From sequence record MK373778.1: DNA of 64,000 nucleotides, one strand, 5' to 3'. The translations under genes were made by a program, and so were the position numbers. How positions within the stretch are numbered: the first letter of the stretch is position 1; each line of letters opens with the position of its first letter. The DNA is from Escherichia phage vB_EcoM_WFbE185. Below, piece by piece: positions 20,614 through 29,197 of this stretch. The notes beneath the pieces were generated by a model, which was not told the DNA's origin, did not search any database, and saw nothing but the letters and a program-made list of their open reading frames with translations.

Positions 20614-22106
20614 TATAAACCTGTCTGGGACCACGGTCCAAATACGTCTTCAAACGAATCCGCTTCTGTTTTATCAAAACGGAACCCTTTAATAATTGGA
20701 AGGAAAATACCTACAGTACCTTCACGGCCTTTAGAATGAACCCAACCATTACATTCACAATCAGCGATACGTCCAATTAATTTACCTTCACGAGCTTCGG
20801 TCATTAATCGTTCACGGTCTAAATCATGACGCTCGTCTAAAGGAATAAGAACCTTTACACCGTCAACTGTTTTATGAGTTGTATCTTTAAAACCTGAACC
20901 ACAATCGGTTGTAATACGACGACAACGTGATACGAGTTCGACACCACCTAATTTGTTAGGGTCTTTAGAGTGTTCATAGTATCCTACAACTTCTAAAGCG
21001 ATATCAATAACTTCTTTAAATTTAATTAGGTTCTTAGAGCGTTTGTTTTCCCAATATGAATCACGGTTTTTAAGAATAATACCTTCAAGACCTTGGTCAA
21101 CATATTTTTTATAAACCACTTTAGCTTCGTCAAGATTACGAACTAACTGATTTTCAATTGGCTCAATTCGCTTAAAGCCTTCAGCCATATTTTCAAGAGC
21201 AGCAAAACGAACATCGTATTTCTGACCTTTAATTTTGCCATCAGAATAGACTTCATCTAAAGGAACATAGTCCCAGGCTTGAAGAACAATACCTTCAGCT
21301 TCTTTAGGAGAAATAGTCCCTTGAAGAGATTTATTTGCTAAACCGTTTGAAGTGCTACGGTCCGCAACTTGTACTTCTTCGGATTCTTCATTATCACCAA
21401 ATAAGAACGACAGGTCATTTCCTGAGCTCACAGCCTTTTTAATATCAAATGAATGGTAAACTAATTCACCGTCGATTAAAACCCCATTAGGGTGTCTTTC
21501 ACGAGCTTCTTTAGTCATTTCCATTAGTTCATCCGCTAATAGAGTAAGACCATGATATTCGTTGCCGGCACGAGAAAAGAATTGAACACCATCATCGCGA
21601 ACTTCAGCGAAACAACGAGCACCATCGGCTTTTAATTGAGCAAATGCAGGCCATTTAATATTTTTAGTAATCAATTTCTCATCATATGCAGATGCTAACA
21701 TCTGTGGTTGCAATTGAATAAGTCCAGGCCACACCTTATTCGCGATAGACACTGAAGCACCTACTTCAAGGTCGCGCATCATTACACGACGAAGGACTTC
21801 TACATCATCAGGTTTACCGTCAGCGATATAACCCATGAGCTCTTTAATTGCAGCATTACCAGTGAGTTTACGAGTGGCTAATGTGAACTCAATAAAATCC
21901 AACATGTCATCTAATTCAAGAAGACCATACGCTTGAGACCTTTCACCTGGTCCTGGCCATTTCTTAATATAATACTGGATACCACGTGCATATGTTAAAC
22001 GATACACACGTTCAAGTAATTTGTTGTCCTTATTTTTCTTAAGGATTTCCTGTTTTGTTTTAGTAGAACCGATCGCAGCTATTTGGTTTAAAATATCTAA
22101 AATCAT
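20613..22106 (-). CDS. 30: ATP-dependent DNA ligase gp30
   Basis: 497 aa; active-site motif KADGARC and N-terminus MILDILNQIAAIGSTK match T4 DNA ligase. Confidence 0.92.
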   Translation of the reverse strand: MILDILNQIAAIGSTKTKQEILKKNKDNKLLERVYRLTYARGIQYYIKKWPGPGERSQAYGLLELDDMLDFIEFTLATRKLTGNAAIKELMGYIADGKPDDVEVLRRVMMRDLEVGASVSIANKVWPGLIQLQPQMLASAYDEKLITKNIKWPAFAQLKADGARCFAEVRDDGVQFFSRAGNEYHGLTLLADELMEMTKEARERHPNGVLIDGELVYHSFDIKKAVSSGNDLSFLFGDNEESEEVQVADRSTSNGLANKSLQGTISPKEAEGIVLQAWDYVPLDEVYSDGKIKGQKYDVRFAALENMAEGFKRIEPIENQLVRNLDEAKVVYKKYVDQGLEGIILKNRDSYWENKRSKNLIKFKEVIDIALEVVGYYEHSKDPNKLGGVELVSRCRRITTDCGSGFKDTTHKTVDGVKVLIPLDERHDLDRERLMTEAREGKLIGRIADCECNGWVHSKGREGTVGIFLPIIKGFRFDKTEADSFEDVFGPWSQTGL

Positions 22107-22372
22107 TTGATGTCCTCGATTTTGGTTACGGTTCTATTATAAGCCACTTCATCTAGAAGCGATTTCAGCGTTTTCTGATAAGTTGTAATCCATTTACCGA
22201 GTCCTTCAACATAGTATTCTGAAATGTAGATGAACCCTTGTTCAACACACTCTTTAAATATTTCTGTGTCTTTTACTGAACGAAACAATGGCCAGTCTCG
22301 AAAGAACATGTTAACGTGACCGTAGTCACGTGTGGTATTTTTGCCATCTGTAATATCATGAACTACAAACAT
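22103..22372 (-). CDS. hypothetical protein (30.1-like)
   Basis: 89-aa ORF, 4-nt overlap with gene 30 start. Confidence 0.5.
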   Translation of the reverse strand: MFVVHDITDGKNTTRDYGHVNMFFRDWPLFRSVKDTEIFKECVEQGFIYISEYYVEGLGKWITTYQKTLKSLLDEVAYNRTVTKIEDIK

Positions 22373-22381
22373 AATTAACCC

Positions 22382-23206
22382 TTAACAATTTATAGACCAA
22401 GTCCATTTAGACGAATCTAAAGGAAAGTTTTGAATCGTCCACCACGGCTGCATATCAGTTGGTCCTGGGGTTCGCCAGGTATATGGAGTACGTGTTGTCG
22501 AGGGGCCACCAATTTGATTAGGCCATGCACCTGGACTTGTTGCACCAGATTCTTTAAGCAAATCCGCCAATCGTTTTAAAAGGTCTTCACGATCTGAATC
22601 TGAATTATTCTTAGGCAGAACCAAACGAGATTCAATATCATCCCACGTGTGTACACGTTGTGCAGTACGAGGAATGGCATCACGTTCACCACGAGCCAAC
22701 CAATAAATCGGTACATTAAGAATTTCTGCCGCATGGTCACAGTGATGAGCTAAATCGTCAACGTAACAAATCACGTTATATTTTGTTTTAGCTAGTTCGA
22801 ATAATTGTTCCTTTGAAGAATCATGACCACACATCATTACTTCAGAGAAAGCGCCTGGGAACAAAGCATTCAAATTAAATTGTCTATTCAATCGAGCATC
22901 AATTGAATCACCTAGCGCCGTCACGGCTACAAAATTATAGTCTTCTTTTAGTTTATTGATAACTCGAAGAGCATCAGAATAAGGCGCTAAGTAACGAATA
23001 AAATCAGAGCTATTATATTTTTCTATTAATTGTTTACCAAGGTTATCGTCGGTATTGAACAGTTTACCAGGAGAAATAAATTTTTCGTCCTGAATCATTT
23101 TTAAAATATGTTCTAATGGAAGGTTATATTTTTGGGCAAAATAAGGAAGTCCAGATTGCCAGCTTAAACATACACCATCAATATCAGTCAAAATAGTAGG
23201 CTTCAT
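22382..23206 (-). CDS. HAD-superfamily phosphatase-like protein (30.2-like) with Trp/Pro/Thr-rich C-terminal tail
   Basis: HAD motif I DIDGV near N-terminus, motif IV-like YVDD; unusual last 80 aa. Confidence 0.55.
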   Translation of the reverse strand: MKPTILTDIDGVCLSWQSGLPYFAQKYNLPLEHILKMIQDEKFISPGKLFNTDDNLGKQLIEKYNSSDFIRYLAPYSDALRVINKLKEDYNFVAVTALGDSIDARLNRQFNLNALFPGAFSEVMMCGHDSSKEQLFELAKTKYNVICYVDDLAHHCDHAAEILNVPIYWLARGERDAIPRTAQRVHTWDDIESRLVLPKNNSDSDREDLLKRLADLLKESGATSPGAWPNQIGGPSTTRTPYTWRTPGPTDMQPWWTIQNFPLDSSKWTWSINC

Positions 23207-23670
23207 AAAGAGTCTCTTAGTAGGTTTAACACGTCAATAAATTCATCTTCAGTTAGTATTGTATCATCTTTTGTTAGGTGGCTGGCCATGCTGTGCTTCA
23301 AAATTTTTCCTTTAGAGGCTTGTAAGGCATCACGAAACCCCTTGTTTTGGATCGCGGCTTCAAAATATGCATTTGTGTATAATTCTTTCCACGCTTCGGA
23401 GTATCTTGAAAATGGAACTCCTAACCAGAAGAGAGTCCCACGGTCCTGAGCTCTTGCGTAAGACCTTCCAGCTTGCTGTGCAGCCAATCCAGACAACCCA
23501 AATATACGTCTTTGTTGTTCAACATTTTTCACCTTACATCCTTGGAGAAATCCTTCAAGACCTCCGAATTGAATACCATCCATAACAAAAGGCCATTGAG
23601 CAAAGTTACTTAATGCACATGACGGCCATTTGAAATTACTTCTTATTTCTAATTCAGACATCTTTAACAC
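23203..23670 (-). CDS. YbiA-like (DUF1768) family protein (30.3-like)
   Basis: N-terminal LSNFAQWPFVMDG resembles YbiA FSNFAAWPIKVDG; 155 aa. Confidence 0.5.
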   Translation of the reverse strand: MLKMSELEIRSNFKWPSCALSNFAQWPFVMDGIQFGGLEGFLQGCKVKNVEQQRRIFGLSGLAAQQAGRSYARAQDRGTLFWLGVPFSRYSEAWKELYTNAYFEAAIQNKGFRDALQASKGKILKHSMASHLTKDDTILTEDEFIDVLNLLRDSL

Positions 23671-23872
23671 TTATAATTTCAACATCGGCCCAATGTCCGT
23701 ATCCAGGTATACGGTCTTCGATAGATAAATTTCTGTCATTTTTAGGCATTTTAATTGACGTAACGTATGGTTCTAAACGGTTTTCCGCGTAATATGGAAA
23801 AACGTCGGTTACACGATAAGTAACTTCAATCATTTCCATACCAAACAATTTCTGGATTAATTTATTCAACAT
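23654..23872 (-). CDS. hypothetical small protein (30.x cluster)
   Basis: 72-aa ORF in the compact minus-strand early cluster; start not verified. Confidence 0.4.
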   Translation of the reverse strand: MLNKLIQKLFGMEMIEVTYRVTDVFPYYAENRLEPYVTSIKMPKNDRNLSIEDRIPGYGHWADVEIISVKDV

Positions 23873-24059
23873 GTTTCAACCCTTTAATAGGAGATAACTC
23901 TTTACCCATACGTATGTCAGAAGTCCCATCAACCCATTGAACAGCATACGCTTCATTGATAATTCCAGCGGCAGTTTTAAATTCGTTGAGAACTTTAAAA
24001 ATCATCCCAGGGATTCCAACACCTTTTAATTGGACTGTTTGTGCTATTAAAAATTTCAT
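23862..24059 (-). CDS. hypothetical small protein (30.x cluster)
   Basis: 65-aa ORF overlapping its downstream neighbour by 11 nt. Confidence 0.4.
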   Translation of the reverse strand: MKFLIAQTVQLKGVGIPGMIFKVLNEFKTAAGIINEAYAVQWVDGTSDIRMGKELSPIKGLKHVE

Positions 24060-24113
24060 ATTTTTCCACTTACTAAAGAAATCATTATACTCTAATCCGT
24101 CCTTGGATGTACA

Positions 24114-24728
24114 CTACTTAATGAAATTAATTTCTACCGGATGAACAACAGGTTGAGCAGTGATATATTGAGTAATTGCTTTCATGACTAGAGCTTCAGA
24201 ACCAGGATTTTTCTCAACGAATTCACGTGCTAGGTTATGAGCTTCGAGTTCACTCAATAAACCGGAACGCTGGCATCCACGGTCTTGAGTACCCTGTTCA
24301 GATAAAAGGACTACTACATATTTTTCATCGTCGTAGGGCTTAGCCAGTTGAGCAAATGTTCCTTTACTTCCAAAAGGAGAGTTATGTCGCCACATCACGC
24401 CGTGTGGAGTTTCAACCTTCGTATATTCGTGCGGTCCATTTTTCTTAGTTTCTTGATGTGGAACTTCATAGACCTTAGGGTTAGGACATTCAATAAAATG
24501 CTCATCTAAATCGGTCGAGAATATTAAAGTAAAACAATTACTGAATTTACCAACACCGGCCTGATAAATTTTACCTTCAGAAGTTCTAATTTCACAAACT
24601 GAGCCGGCATCAGTAACTTCTAAAACTTCAAAAGGCTCAATAAGGTCATATGAGAACATGTTTTTAAGGCGTGGAGTAATATCCCCATTTTTAAAATTCA
24701 TTTTATAAAAAGTATTAACTTTAAACAT
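24114..24728 (-). CDS. hypothetical protein, 204 aa (30.x cluster)
   Basis: Start moved to ATG MFKVNTFYK with GAGGAAA RBS; a UUCG-type hairpin sits just upstream of the RBS. Confidence 0.55.
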   Translation of the reverse strand: MFKVNTFYKMNFKNGDITPRLKNMFSYDLIEPFEVLEVTDAGSVCEIRTSEGKIYQAGVGKFSNCFTLIFSTDLDEHFIECPNPKVYEVPHQETKKNGPHEYTKVETPHGVMWRHNSPFGSKGTFAQLAKPYDDEKYVVVLLSEQGTQDRGCQRSGLLSELEAHNLAREFVEKNPGSEALVMKAITQYITAQPVVHPVEINFIK

Positions 24729-24763
24729 AATTTCCTCAGTGGGAGCCGAAGCTCCCAATTAAT

Positions 24764-25129
24764 TTAGATATCAAATTCGTTAAGAACTACATCAAAGATT
24801 GCTTCGAGATGTTCAGGTTTAGCTCGGTTACTCAGGATATGACGAATCCAAGTTTTAACCAGAAGTTTACGATTAACACCATTCCAGCAAGGATGAGTAC
24901 CTAAATCACGTTGACGGAAGTCATCATCTAAAGCGATTTTGAAATTAGAACCTTCCATCGTGATTGAAACCGTGATGCCATTTTCAAATCGCATATAAAC
25001 GTAATTAGGAGTCATGCACTGTTCGATTTCACAAACTGTACCGTTTTCGTGTTTCCATAAGCAAATAACTTCAGAAGAACCAGCAATACCGTTAGAAACA
25101 TATTTACGTTCGAAGTTGATGTAGTTCAT
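24764..25129 (-). CDS. hypothetical protein (30.x cluster)
   Basis: 121-aa ORF with its own early promoter at 25171-25199. Confidence 0.5.
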   Translation of the reverse strand: MNYINFERKYVSNGIAGSSEVICLWKHENGTVCEIEQCMTPNYVYMRFENGITVSITMEGSNFKIALDDDFRQRDLGTHPCWNGVNRKLLVKTWIRHILSNRAKPEHLEAIFDVVLNEFDI

Positions 25130-25170
25130 TTTATTCTCCAGATGTTTAAGTTGTTTGTTGGTACAGGTCT

Positions 25171-25199
25171 ATAATAACATAACCTGTACCAAAGTAAAC
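25171..25199 (-). promoter_or_regulatory. early promoter (GTTTAC-N17-TATTAT) with -10 inside 8-bp inverted repeat GGTACAGG/CCTGTACC
   Basis: Drives ORF 24764-25129; inverted repeat arms at 25160-25167 and 25183-25190. Confidence 0.5.
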
Positions 25200-25203
25200 T
25201 GTT

Positions 25204-25572
25204 TTATGCAACTTTAATCCAATTGTCTAAATTTAAAACACCTTTGGCTTTCATTTTTTCGATCAGGTTATCTGCTGTAATGCGTCCATTTTGATACCAT
25301 GTAACATCTTCAGAGTAACCAGTTTCTTCGTCAACATATGTTTCTGAACGAATTTTACCGGTAATAATAGTTTTTAATTCGTATGTGTCACCTGTGAAAA
25401 AGTTTGCTAACACAATTTTCCAAGAGAAATCATCAGAAGGACCTTCAGGGGTCATACAACCTACGAACTCAAATTGCTCTTTGTATAACATCCACTGGAA
25501 TTCTTTAATTTCGATAGCTTTATAACCGTCGTGGTCTTTACATTTGATGTATGAGTTCAGATTGATTTTCAT
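25204..25572 (-). CDS. hypothetical protein (30.x cluster)
   Basis: 122-aa ORF with early promoter at 25615-25643. Confidence 0.5.
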   Translation of the reverse strand: MKINLNSYIKCKDHDGYKAIEIKEFQWMLYKEQFEFVGCMTPEGPSDDFSWKIVLANFFTGDTYELKTIITGKIRSETYVDEETGYSEDVTWYQNGRITADNLIEKMKAKGVLNLDNWIKVA

Positions 25573-25614
25573 TTTGTTCTCCGGTTTGTTTTATTGATTA
25601 GGTGGTACAAGTCT

Positions 25615-25643
25615 ATAGTAACACATCCTACAGGAGAGTAAAC
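25615..25643 (-). promoter_or_regulatory. early promoter (GTTTAC-N17-TACTAT) for ORF 25204-25572
   Basis: Located just downstream of terminator hairpin 25680-25697. Confidence 0.5.
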
Positions 25644-25679
25644 ATCTTTTTAAACTTTTTCTGCCCTAAACGCACAAAA

Positions 25680-25697
25680 GGGAGACCGAAGTCTCCC
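25680..25697 (-). terminator. terminator after the 59-aa ORF
   Basis: GGGAGAC-UUCG-GUCUCCC followed by UUUUGUGCGUUU on the minus strand. Confidence 0.55.
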
Positions 25698-25702
25698 TAA
25701 AA

Positions 25703-25882
25703 TTATGCAACAACCTTTCCAAAACGAGAAGCATCATCTCGAAGAACTGCACGTGCTCTGCGCATGATCTTCTCAACTGTTTGATTAATACGAGAGTTCG
25801 ACCCACGCTTGTATCCAGCGCGTTTAGAGGTACCATCAACTTTCTTTTCAACTGCTTTCTTTGCTTTAGCTTGTTTTGCCAT
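25703..25882 (-). CDS. small Lys/Arg-rich protein, 59 aa, not in ORF track
   Basis: ATG with AAGAGA RBS; MAKQAKAKKAVEKKVDG...; own terminator hairpin downstream; competing track ORFs start at TTG and cross the hairpin. Confidence 0.4.
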   Translation of the reverse strand: MAKQAKAKKAVEKKVDGTSKRAGYKRGSNSRINQTVEKIMRRARAVLRDDASRFGKVVA

Positions 25883-26094
25883 TATAAATTCTCTTTAAAT
25901 GAAAATGCAGGACTTATTGACATTGCCTGCGCAAGCCCTCAAGGGGAACATAGGTTTTGGATATTTAACGACAGGATAACCATAAACCCGTCATCATACC
26001 AACCACGACTTAGACAGATAACCTTTTTCTGACGCGTGATAGTACAAAATACATTCAAGAGGTACACCGTAAAACTGCCGTGGTCTTAAAACTA

Positions 26095-26114
26095 TAATGA
26101 TTCGCAAATCATTA
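26095..26114 (-). terminator. AU-rich hairpin downstream of rIII (possible weak terminator)
   Basis: UAAUGAUU-UGCG-AAUCAUUA followed by UAGUUUUAAG; 8-bp stem but AU-rich. Confidence 0.3.
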
Positions 26115-26177
26115 ATCAGACAGTTCGACGGCTCCTCGATTTTCTAGCCGCACTTAAGGTAGCGAATCACCTAAAAC

Positions 26178-26426
26178 TTATTTAAGGGTAATAACAAAAT
26201 GACGTACTGCTTTACGAGCTGCAGAAGCCAAAGGCTTAGCATATTTCAGTTCATCTTTTGCTTCCAGTTCAGAGGCCAAAGCCGCCTGTACCGGGTTCAG
26301 ACGTTTGAAATAATGCAGGATTTCCAGTGCTTCGGCTTCAACATCAATCGACGCGCCGTAGTTTTCGTGACCGTTATTCCATGCGTTTCGTTGCAGTTCA
26401 AGAGCGTGTTGTAATTGTTTAATCAT
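26178..26426 (-). CDS. rIII: rIII lysis-inhibition accessory protein
   Basis: 82 aa; MIKQLQHALELQRNAWNNGHENYG... matches T4 RIII. Confidence 0.85.
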   Translation of the reverse strand: MIKQLQHALELQRNAWNNGHENYGASIDVEAEALEILHYFKRLNPVQAALASELEAKDELKYAKPLASAARKAVRHFVITLK

Positions 26427-26542
26427 TTTAAATTCTCAATTCGAGATAATATTTAGTAGCCACGTTCGTCTGAATTTCACCTTCTTTCGACAAGTCTCTC
26501 AGTTGTAGGCTACCGCTTAGAAGAGTGTTCTCTTCATATAGT

Positions 26543-26550
26543 TATTTATA
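26543..26550 (-). promoter_or_regulatory. late promoter motif (TATAAATA, minus strand) upstream of rIII
   Basis: Exact minus-strand TATAAATA immediately after the gene 31 stop, 117 nt upstream of rIII. Confidence 0.4.
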
Positions 26551-26883
26551 TCACTTATAAAGACACGGAATAGCTTTATAGTGGCATGTTACGAATTTCT
26601 GTTTAATTTCTTTAGGTTGTTTAAGTCCCAAAGCCACAAATGGATGTGGAACATTTCGAATTTGTCCAACTGGTAGTGGAGTCAAATCACCGACTTCAAC
26701 AAAACCTTCAGGAACATCAGGACCTACAGAATGAACTACACATAGTTCAGGAACTTCACCTTGAACACGTTTACCAATCACAAGTCCTGATTCGGTAACT
26801 TCTTCATCACCTGCTTGAGCGGGTTCAGAAACCAGAATGACATATTCACCAACAGCACGAATTGGGAGTTGTACTTCAGACAT
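26551..26883 (-). CDS. 31: gp31 co-chaperonin (GroES analogue for capsid folding)
   Basis: 110 aa; [28 protein letters not shown]... matches T4 gp31; MotA middle promoter upstream. Confidence 0.92.
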   Translation of the reverse strand: MSEVQLPIRAVGEYVILVSEPAQAGDEEVTESGLVIGKRVQGEVPELCVVHSVGPDVPEGFVEVGDLTPLPVGQIRNVPHPFVALGLKQPKEIKQKFVTCHYKAIPCLYK

Positions 26884-26913
26884 CTTATTTCCTTGTTGTT
26901 TGACGATAGATTA

Positions 26914-26938
26914 ATAATACCATACTATTCGTAAAGCA
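26914..26938 (-). promoter_or_regulatory. middle promoter (MotA box TGCTTTA, 12-nt spacer, TATTAT) for gene 31
   Basis: Minus strand reads aTGCTTTAc-N12-TATTAT upstream of the gene 31 ATG. Confidence 0.5.
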
Positions 26939-26940
26939 TA

Positions 26941-27249
26941 TTACATAAGAAGCAAACGTTCTACCGGAGTACCATCAACCGAAATTACTTTATCAAGGCG
27001 GAAAGAACGCCACTGACCTAACTTGGTATCGAATGCTCGAACTGATTCACGAGGTTCAGAACGAACTTCTGTTGCCGGATTGTTATTTTCATATTTGACT
27101 TCAAGTTCATCGCGCGAAGCAAACATAGTGCGTACCTCACCGTTAGCCTTTTCAAATACAACACAATGAACGCCTACAGACAGAATAGTTTTAATACGTT
27201 CACGAAGAACCATAGTCTCTTGTTCAGTTAAAATCATATTATTCACCAC
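26941..27249 (-). CDS. hypothetical protein (31.1-like)
   Basis: 102-aa ORF between cd and gene 31. Confidence 0.5.
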   Translation of the reverse strand: MVNNMILTEQETMVLRERIKTILSVGVHCVVFEKANGEVRTMFASRDELEVKYENNNPATEVRSEPRESVRAFDTKLGQWRSFRLDKVISVDGTPVERLLLM

Positions 27250-27820
27250 AAAAGTTTCGGATTTGTTCCCAATTCAGAGAACGAAGATTATTACGAGAGT
27301 ACTGAATTACTTCAATACCGGCTTGTTTTAGAATGTCTGCCCAATTTTCAGGAGATCTGTCATATAATTCTGCGTATACAACCTTTTTAATACCTGACTG
27401 TGTAATAGCTTTAGTGCAATCAGGACACGGAGAAAGCGTCGTATATAACGTAGCACCTTCAATAGAATTACCTTTACGAGCTGCAAACAAAATTGCATTC
27501 AATTCAGCATGGATTTCATTATTAGCAGACCATGCACTATGAGCCGCTCGATGTTCTTTAGCCAAAACAAAATTATCCACCCGTCCAAATGCTGTAGTGC
27601 CTTCTTTATGCCCAGCAACGATGACCGGGCTTGGTTTATTCTTCAACCAACCGTTTTCGGATGCATGTTCGCAACAGTTTGTACCACCTGAAGGAGAGCC
27701 ATTATAACCTGTAGAAATAATGCGTCCATCTTTTTCAATGACGGCACCAACTTTCCATGAACAACATTTTGATTCTTGAGAAATCAAATAAGCAATTTGA
27801 AGATATGTGCTAGCTTTCAT
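27239..27820 (-). CDS. cd: dCMP deaminase
   Basis: 193 aa; zinc motifs HAE...PCxxC (HAELNAILFAARKG, SPCPDC); matches T4 Cd. Confidence 0.92.
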   Translation of the reverse strand: MKASTYLQIAYLISQESKCCSWKVGAVIEKDGRIISTGYNGSPSGGTNCCEHASENGWLKNKPSPVIVAGHKEGTTAFGRVDNFVLAKEHRAAHSAWSANNEIHAELNAILFAARKGNSIEGATLYTTLSPCPDCTKAITQSGIKKVVYAELYDRSPENWADILKQAGIEVIQYSRNNLRSLNWEQIRNFCGE

Positions 27821-28812
27821 TATTGAACCTTATTAATATAAGTTAACAGCTCTTTAGTTTGTTCCCAACTGATGCACGCATCGGTAACGGAAACGCCATA
27901 GGACATATTATCAGAAATTTTTTGATTTCCTTCATGTAGGAATGATTCTATCATAATTCCTTTGACCAAATCATTAGCTGCTAAATTTTTACCAATACCA
28001 ATTTGATTGCTATAATGCCCAGCAGCGTTTGCATGGCTACAGTCAACCATTACATAATGATTCAGACCTACTGCACTTGCTTTGTTAGAAGCTTCTTGAA
28101 TATCAGAAGAATGATAGTTCGGGCCGTTGGTCCCGCCACGCAATACGATATGCGTATTCTGATTACCTTCAGCTTCAACAATGCCTACAGTACCATCGAC
28201 GTCCATACCCATATACCGATGAGGCCAGGCGGCACTATACATCGCGTCTGTAGCTACTTTAATAGAACCATTGGTTGCGTTCTTGAAGCCTACGCACATC
28301 GGTAGACCTGAAGCAATTTCACGATGTGTCTGACTTTCAGTCGTACGGGCGCCAATAGCAACCCATGAGAAAATACCAGAAAGATACTTAATCGTGAATG
28401 GGTCTAATACTTCAGTTGCTAATGGAAGTCCCATACGTAGAAGTTTACGACACAATGTTCGTGCAACTATAAGACCGTGGTTCATATCAAAACTTCCGTC
28501 AAGATATGGATCATTTACAAGACCTTTCCAACCTACGGTAGTTCGAGGCTTTTCAAAATAAACGCGCATCACTAACAGAACATTAGGAAGACGAGTTTGA
28601 AGTTCAGCCAGACGTTTGCCGTATTCAACAGCAGCAATAGGGTCATGAATTGAACAAGGACCTACAACAATAAGTTTGCGTGGGTCTTCACCGTTCATAA
28701 TCGAATTAACTTGTTCGCGATGAGAAGCCACTTGTGATGCGTAAGCTTCCGACAAAGGAATAATCTCAGCCAGTTCTTTTGGAGAAATAAGTTTTCCGAC
28801 GACAGGTAACAT
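27820..28812 (-). CDS. 3-deoxy-D-arabino-heptulosonate-7-phosphate (DAHP) synthase, class I-alpha (AroF/AroG/AroH-like)
   Basis: 330 aa; signature blocks LIVVGPCSIHD, RVYFEKPRTTVGWKGL, IGARTTESQTHRE, VGFKN, VMVDCSH, ESFLHEGNQ, YGVSVTDACISWE; AAGGA RBS, ATG start. Confidence 0.9.
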   Translation of the reverse strand: MLPVVGKLISPKELAEIIPLSEAYASQVASHREQVNSIMNGEDPRKLIVVGPCSIHDPIAAVEYGKRLAELQTRLPNVLLVMRVYFEKPRTTVGWKGLVNDPYLDGSFDMNHGLIVARTLCRKLLRMGLPLATEVLDPFTIKYLSGIFSWVAIGARTTESQTHREIASGLPMCVGFKNATNGSIKVATDAMYSAAWPHRYMGMDVDGTVGIVEAEGNQNTHIVLRGGTNGPNYHSSDIQEASNKASAVGLNHYVMVDCSHANAAGHYSNQIGIGKNLAANDLVKGIMIESFLHEGNQKISDNMSYGVSVTDACISWEQTKELLTYINKVQ

Positions 28813-28932
28813 AACAATCCTTAGGAGATATAAACAGATTCTGATTCAACAATACCTTTAACCGGATTAGACAGGCTAAGTTGGTAGTGCTCAGATTTAT
28901 GACCATTCTCGATAGTAATGAGATAGCTCTCA

Positions 28933-29169
28933 TTATAGTGTTCCATATACTCGAGTTGCTTCAACAAGACCATCACTGCCTAATTTAAGATTAGTAATTT
29001 GGTCACCATCTTTAGGATTAACGATTATGAGAAAAGAACGTGGAGATTCTTGAATAACTCGTAATGTTGCATCTTGGAAACGTTCAGACACTTTATTGAT
29101 GAGTGCTTGAGCAAATTCTTTTACTTTAATCTGAAATTCGTGTACTGTAATTGGGTTTTCACTTAGCAT
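28933..29169 (-). CDS. hypothetical protein, first gene after an early promoter
   Basis: 78-aa ORF; hairpin-embedded early promoter at 29198-29227. Confidence 0.45.
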   Translation of the reverse strand: MLSENPITVHEFQIKVKEFAQALINKVSERFQDATLRVIQESPRSFLIIVNPKDGDQITNLKLGSDGLVEATRVYGTL

Positions 29170-29197
29170 TTCTATTTCCTCATTTGTTGGTAGAGTT

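Noticed and set aside
25666-26032. Track ORFs 25666-25851 (-) and 25781-26032 (+)
   Set aside because: Both start at TTG; the minus one runs through terminator hairpin 25680-25697; replaced by the ATG-initiated 59-aa ORF 25703-25882.
25883-26177. tRNA or other known structured RNA gene in the rIII-adjacent spacer
   Set aside because: No T-loop GTTCRANYC-like motif or cloverleaf arrangement on either strand by eye; left as an unexplained structured spacer.
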